Positions 60,491-64,000 of a stretch of 64,000 nucleotides of DNA are shown one piece after another. Under the pieces are notes generated by a model. That model was not told the origin of the DNA. It did not search any database and worked only from the letters and a program-made list of their open reading frames with translations. Numbering within the stretch: position 1 is the first letter of the stretch; every line of letters begins with the position of its first letter. Source of the stretch: a virus; IMG/VR virus record IMGVR_UViG_3300025133_000028; one strand, given 5' to 3'. Position numbers and translations under genes: made by a program.

Positions 60491-60835
60491 ATGACGAAGT
60501 TAGCATCGTTTGCGTCAAGTGCGGACAATTGGGACTATGCACAAGCTGTGAAAACAGCGGAAGCTACGGCTGGCGTTGAAATGACCGATTTAGACTGGTT
60601 TCGCGCGTTCAACGTGGCAGTACCAACGGAGGCGGGTACGCGAGACCTATGGACGCTTAAAAACACAAACAAGCGCAACACCGCCAATTCCGCACAATGC
60701 CCGAAGAAGGAGCGACAACGCCACCACGAAGACCATTATGGTAAAATGGGTATTGTGGGCAAACCAGGAAGCAAGGAGAGAATAGAGGCATTGCGGCAAG
60801 CTGTGGAAGCTGGAGAGTTTGGGCAAGATGAGTAA
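60491..60835 (+). CDS. Putative early protein
   Basis: Shared leader TACGGAGTCTAGTGAAATG. Confidence 0.7.
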   Translation: MTKLASFASSADNWDYAQAVKTAEATAGVEMTDLDWFRAFNVAVPTEAGTRDLWTLKNTNKRNTANSAQCPKKERQRHHEDHYGKMGIVGKPGSKERIEALRQAVEAGEFGQDE

Positions 60836-60839
60836 CCTG

Positions 60840-61306
60840 AGTAAGTGAAATAGTCTAGTCCGCCTAGGGTAGATGGGCGGACTAGCTAATTTCGGCTATT
60901 CTGGTCGATTAGGTAAGTTACACTTTCTACGGAGTCTAGTGAAATGGCACAAGATACATTGAATATGGGAACTAGTAATGTTTTGGCAAACGGAGCAGAA
61001 ATTGTGCAACGTTGGCAAGTTGGGCAAGTTGGGAAAGATACAACCGAAACTCCCGATTGGATAGTTTTGGCAAAGTGGGGAAACGAATATGCGACATGGC
61101 GAGTTTCGCACGATGGCCATGCATATTGGGGACACTACTTCAACACCTATTCCGCCGCAATGACAGACTACCAAAAACGAGTACGTTGGGTGTTTGGATA
61201 GAATGAGTAAAATAGTCTAATCCGCCTAGTTAAGCTGGGCGGATTGGATAATTTTGGCCATTCTGGCTAAATAGGCGAGTTACACTTTCTACGGAGTTTA
61301 GGGACT
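60840..61306 (+). repeat. ~100-bp repeated intergenic element (hairpin plus leader) flanking ORF 60944-61201
   Basis: 60840-60943 and 61205-61306 align and show a compensatory G-C/A-T change in the hairpin stem. Confidence 0.8.
60944..61201 (+). CDS. Putative early protein
   Basis: Shared leader; 'EYATW....GHAYWGHYF' motif. Confidence 0.7.
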   Translation: MAQDTLNMGTSNVLANGAEIVQRWQVGQVGKDTTETPDWIVLAKWGNEYATWRVSHDGHAYWGHYFNTYSAAMTDYQKRVRWVFG

Positions 61307-61558
61307 ATGATGCGAATAGAAGATTTGCGCAGGGCTGTCAAGATGGTTGAAATGGGCGAATTGGAAGACATTGCGGTATGGGAAGAAGCTGCGATATTTG
61401 ACGGGTTTGGGCTGGAAAGCTTCAAGCCGATAGTTTGCACAATTCAGCAACTAGCATGCCTAGTATTGTGGCAAGCTAGAACATTTGCGGGGACTTGGGA
61501 CAATGAGGCAATTGCGGAAATCAGGGCAAACAGGCGGAAGTTTACAGTTGTCAATTGA
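61307..61558 (+). CDS. Putative early protein
   Basis: Shared leader GTTACACTTTCTACGGAGT. Confidence 0.7.
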   Translation: MMRIEDLRRAVKMVEMGELEDIAVWEEAAIFDGFGLESFKPIVCTIQQLACLVLWQARTFAGTWDNEAIAEIRANRRKFTVVN

Positions 61559-61682
61559 CAACTGGTAAGATAGGCAAAGCAGGTAAAATGGCATAGCTTG
61601 GCATAATAGCTAAGCTAGGCCGTTTTGGTTGTTTATGTAATCCTGCAAAAGCAGGTAGTCTAATCAAGATAGGGAGTTTGGG

Positions 61683-62039
61683 ATGATTATTCAAATTAGC
61701 CTATGTGGGTCAATTATGGTCGATGTGGAGAATTGGGCACCTAGCACGTTAGAAGATTTTCTCGACTGCGCTAAAAGCGGCAATAATGACGAGGCTTGTG
61801 CGTTCTTCTTAAGTACTTATCAACCGGATTTTACGATAATCCGGCAAGATAGGCAAACTGGAGAATTTGCGGAAGTTACGGCAACTGAAGAAGAAATGGC
61901 GTTTGTGGTTCAAACTTCTGGTTGTTCGCCAGTTGACGAAGTAGAGAATTTGCCGTTGTATATTATTTGGTTTGCGGCGCATAATTTGCGGGAAGAAATA
62001 AAGATGGCGTTTGAAGAACGGAAATGGAGTCCGTGTTAA
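61683..62039 (+). CDS. Putative early acidic protein
   Basis: Leader CAAGATAGGGAGTTTGGGATG. Confidence 0.7.
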   Translation: MIIQISLCGSIMVDVENWAPSTLEDFLDCAKSGNNDEACAFFLSTYQPDFTIIRQDRQTGEFAEVTATEEEMAFVVQTSGCSPVDEVENLPLYIIWFAAHNLREEIKMAFEERKWSPC

Positions 62040-62153
62040 GATAGGCAATCTGCGTACTCTCGACAATCCAGGTAATCTAGGTAATCTAGGTAATCTGGAT
62101 AGTCCAGCGTATTTAGATGTTTTGAGTAATCCTCACAAGATAGGGAGTTTGGG

Positions 62154-62420
62154 ATGACTGCTGTAAATAGGCACGTTGAGTTGATTGCAATAGTTGGGCG
62201 GCATGGGGACACTAAGCGGGTTAATGCCGTTTTTCACGCTATGGTTAATGAATCACAAGCCGACTATGCGTCGCGTTGGCGGGATGTCATTAGCTACGTG
62301 TCGGGCACATTGCACGACATAAAGCGTATTCAAGCGGTTCAGTTGTGGCTCTTATGTACGGGTTACAAGTTGTCAAATTGTATCATCAAATCGGTAACAA
62401 TGGGCAAGCCGGTAAGCTAG
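62154..62420 (+). CDS. Putative early protein
   Basis: Identical leader CAAGATAGGGAGTTTGGGATG. Confidence 0.65.
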   Translation: MTAVNRHVELIAIVGRHGDTKRVNAVFHAMVNESQADYASRWRDVISYVSGTLHDIKRIQAVQLWLLCTGYKLSNCIIKSVTMGKPVS

Positions 62421-62511
62421 GCAATCTGCGTACTCTAGACATCCCAGCCCGATTAGGCGGGCTGGGTAATCTGTGGTATTTGGGTAATCCTCACAAGATA
62501 GGGAGTTTGGG

Positions 62512-62664
62512 ATGTCTGTTACAAATAGGGATTTTGGGAAACATACGTATTCTGTATATGATTTGGCAATTTACGAAAAATGGAAGGAAAAATCTCTGTT
62601 AAGATTGACTGAATTTCTACTATATGCCAATGTTCTACGAGGTTTGATTAGAACAGTGGACTGA
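62512..62664 (+). CDS. Small putative early protein (50 aa, not in ORF track)
   Basis: Third copy of the CAAGATAGGGAGTTTGGGATG leader; open frame MSVTNRDFGK...IRTVD*. Confidence 0.6.
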   Translation: MSVTNRDFGKHTYSVYDLAIYEKWKEKSLLRLTEFLLYANVLRGLIRTVD

Positions 62665-62706
62665 GTAACCTAGTCTAATCCGTTGCCGAAAATCCAAAGA
62701 TAATAC

Positions 62707-62777
62707 TTGACATAGGATAATACTATGTTAAGCTATGTATAGCTGTAGGGGAGGCTGCGCTAATTTATTTGGCTGTG
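62707..62777 (+). promoter_or_regulatory. Sigma70-like promoter plus conserved 40-nt element (copy 1)
   Basis: TTGACA-N16-TAAGCT, then TATAGCTGTAGGGGAGGCTGCGCTAATTTATTTGGCTGTG. Confidence 0.55.
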
Positions 62778-62878
62778 TGCTGGCGTGAGCTACGGCCCTT
62801 TGTGCGTCGATTTGCGGGACGTTACGCTAACGCGGACAATAGTAGGTCAAAGCACAAAAATGGCTTTAGACGCCAATT

Positions 62879-62936
62879 CTGACAGCCTAGCGGGTAATCC
62901 TGACAGCCTAGCGGGTAATCCTGACAGCCTAGCGGG
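62879..62936 (+). repeat. 21-bp tandem repeat CTGACAGCCTAGCGGGTAATC x2.8
   Basis: Units start at 62879, 62900 and 62921. Confidence 0.9.
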
Positions 62937-63222
62937 CTAGGGTAATACTTCAAGGAAAAAATATAATATCGGGATTTATCGGCACTTTATATTTGACAAC
63001 CGGAAATTCTATGGTAGGTAATCCTCTTATGGTAGTCTGGGCAATATGCACAATATAAGTATTTGACGAAGTATAGGTAAGTAATCCCGCCTTTTGACGA
63101 AGTCAAGGGTAATCCGTGAATAAATTGCCAAGTAATAATATATTTTTCCTTGAAGATAATCCGTTGCAATGCCGATAATGTATGGTAAGCTAGGGCATAC
63201 AACAAAACAAAAGGAGAGTACG

Positions 63223-63393
63223 ATGGAATTCAGAGTTATCAAAACGTGGGCATTTGGCCAAATTTTGGATTTTGTTGGCACTTTTGCTGAGTGTCAGGCG
63301 TATTGTCGTGGGTATTGTGGTTCAATGTATACGTATAGCTTATCCATTGTGGATAATAGCGGCACAGTTTGTGATGTTTGGCAAGATAGGTAA
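63223..63393 (+). CDS. Small putative early protein
   Basis: RBS AAGGAG before ATG 63223. Confidence 0.6.
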   Translation: MEFRVIKTWAFGQILDFVGTFAECQAYCRGYCGSMYTYSLSIVDNSGTVCDVWQDR

Positions 63394-63550
63394 TCTAAGC
63401 AAGGAGCTAGGCTATGGTCATTTTGCGGGAGTGGATAATCGAGAGACGGCAGATAACCACAACAAAGGAAGAAATTACGGAATTTTACCTTGACGTGGAT
63501 ATCGACGTGATTTTGGAAATGTGGGCGATTTTGGGAATCTAGGGTGAATT

Positions 63551-63763
63551 ATGAAAAATCAAGCCAATTTGACGATTTTAGACGTAGACAATGCTTTCCG
63601 CCTACTAGAGGAGCGAATTGCAAAACCAACTACTCGCGAAGAAATCTATAAAATCCGCGAAGAATTGGATTTTTGGTACGATACGTGCTATACGGAGTCT
63701 GGTTCAATTGCCACAAAGACTATGGATGATACGCAATTTGATTTGGCTTACGAAAAAGAATAG
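63551..63763 (+). CDS. Small putative early protein
   Basis: 70-aa ORF, same orientation and spacing as its neighbours. Confidence 0.55.
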   Translation: MKNQANLTILDVDNAFRLLEERIAKPTTREEIYKIREELDFWYDTCYTESGSIATKTMDDTQFDLAYEKE

Positions 63764-63840
63764 GTAAGATAGGCAAGCTGGGTAATATATCGGCAAATTT
63801 ATTTGCAGGCTAAAATTGGGAAATAATCTCAAGTTTAGCC

Positions 63841-63913
63841 TTGCAATAGCCGAAAACTAGGATATAATAAGAATATAGCCGTGGGGGAGGCTGCGCGGAT
63901 TTATTTGGCTGTG
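63841..63913 (+). promoter_or_regulatory. Sigma70-like promoter plus conserved 40-nt element (copy 2)
   Basis: TTGCAA-N16-TATAAT, then TATAGCCGTGGGGGAGGCTGCGCGGATTTATTTGGCTGTG. Confidence 0.6.
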
Positions 63914-64000
63914 ACAGCCGCCATACCACAGCGAGAAAAACACGAAGCTACTATAATAAGAATAACATAGATTTAGAAGAAGTCAAGCACTATTATCGGA

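Noticed and set aside
60120-62664. Integron attC-like cassette array
   Set aside because: Spacers are hairpins but lack the RYYYAAC...GTTRRRY boxes, and no integron integrase is in the window
62879-62936. Mini CRISPR array
   Set aside because: Repeats are directly tandem with no spacers, and no cas genes are present
1-64000. Stop-codon reassignment, tRNA genes, DGR/retron reverse transcriptase
   Set aside because: Genes are full-length under the standard code with all three stops used; no cloverleaf or RT motifs recognised

Overview
This window is part of a large, AT-rich tailed dsDNA bacteriophage genome, most likely a long-tailed siphovirus (tail tube and tape measure present, no sheath recognised). 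From 1-11.2 kb (+) is a dense glycan-biosynthesis operon: GT4, GT2, GT25, GT17 and CgeB-like glycosyltransferases, a nucleotidyltransferase, two NAD-dependent epimerases, GDP-L-fucose synthase, an FkbM methyltransferase and a sulfotransferase-like protein. From 11.2-14.9 kb (+) are a putative ssDNA-annealing protein, small ORFs and an ALDH7-type aldehyde dehydrogenase. From 15-55 kb (-) is the late module: phage sigma factor, GDP-mannose dehydratase, HNH, ERCC4 nuclease, intein-containing large terminase, portal, protease/scaffold, capsid, fibres, head-tail joining, tail tube, chaperones, tape measure, tail-tip proteins and a homing endonuclease. It is punctuated by a recurring -10-only motif, TGGHGTATAATAC. 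From 55.5-58.5 kb (+) are small ORFs, a DNA methyltransferase and a metallophosphoesterase. From 58.6-64 kb the sequence is more GC-rich and looks like an early or terminal region. The standout is a ~1 kb non-coding block (58.8-59.7 kb) with six sigma54 (-24/-12) boxes, two families of enhancer-like palindromes and consensus IHF sites. It leads into a highly structured ~220-nt leader RNA with a boxA-like element, then a cassette-like array of small genes separated by repeated covarying hairpins and 9-bp-periodic GGYAA motifs. This suggests a phage early programme that captures or decoys the host sigma54/enhancer system. All assignments come from motif reading and synteny; no searches were run.
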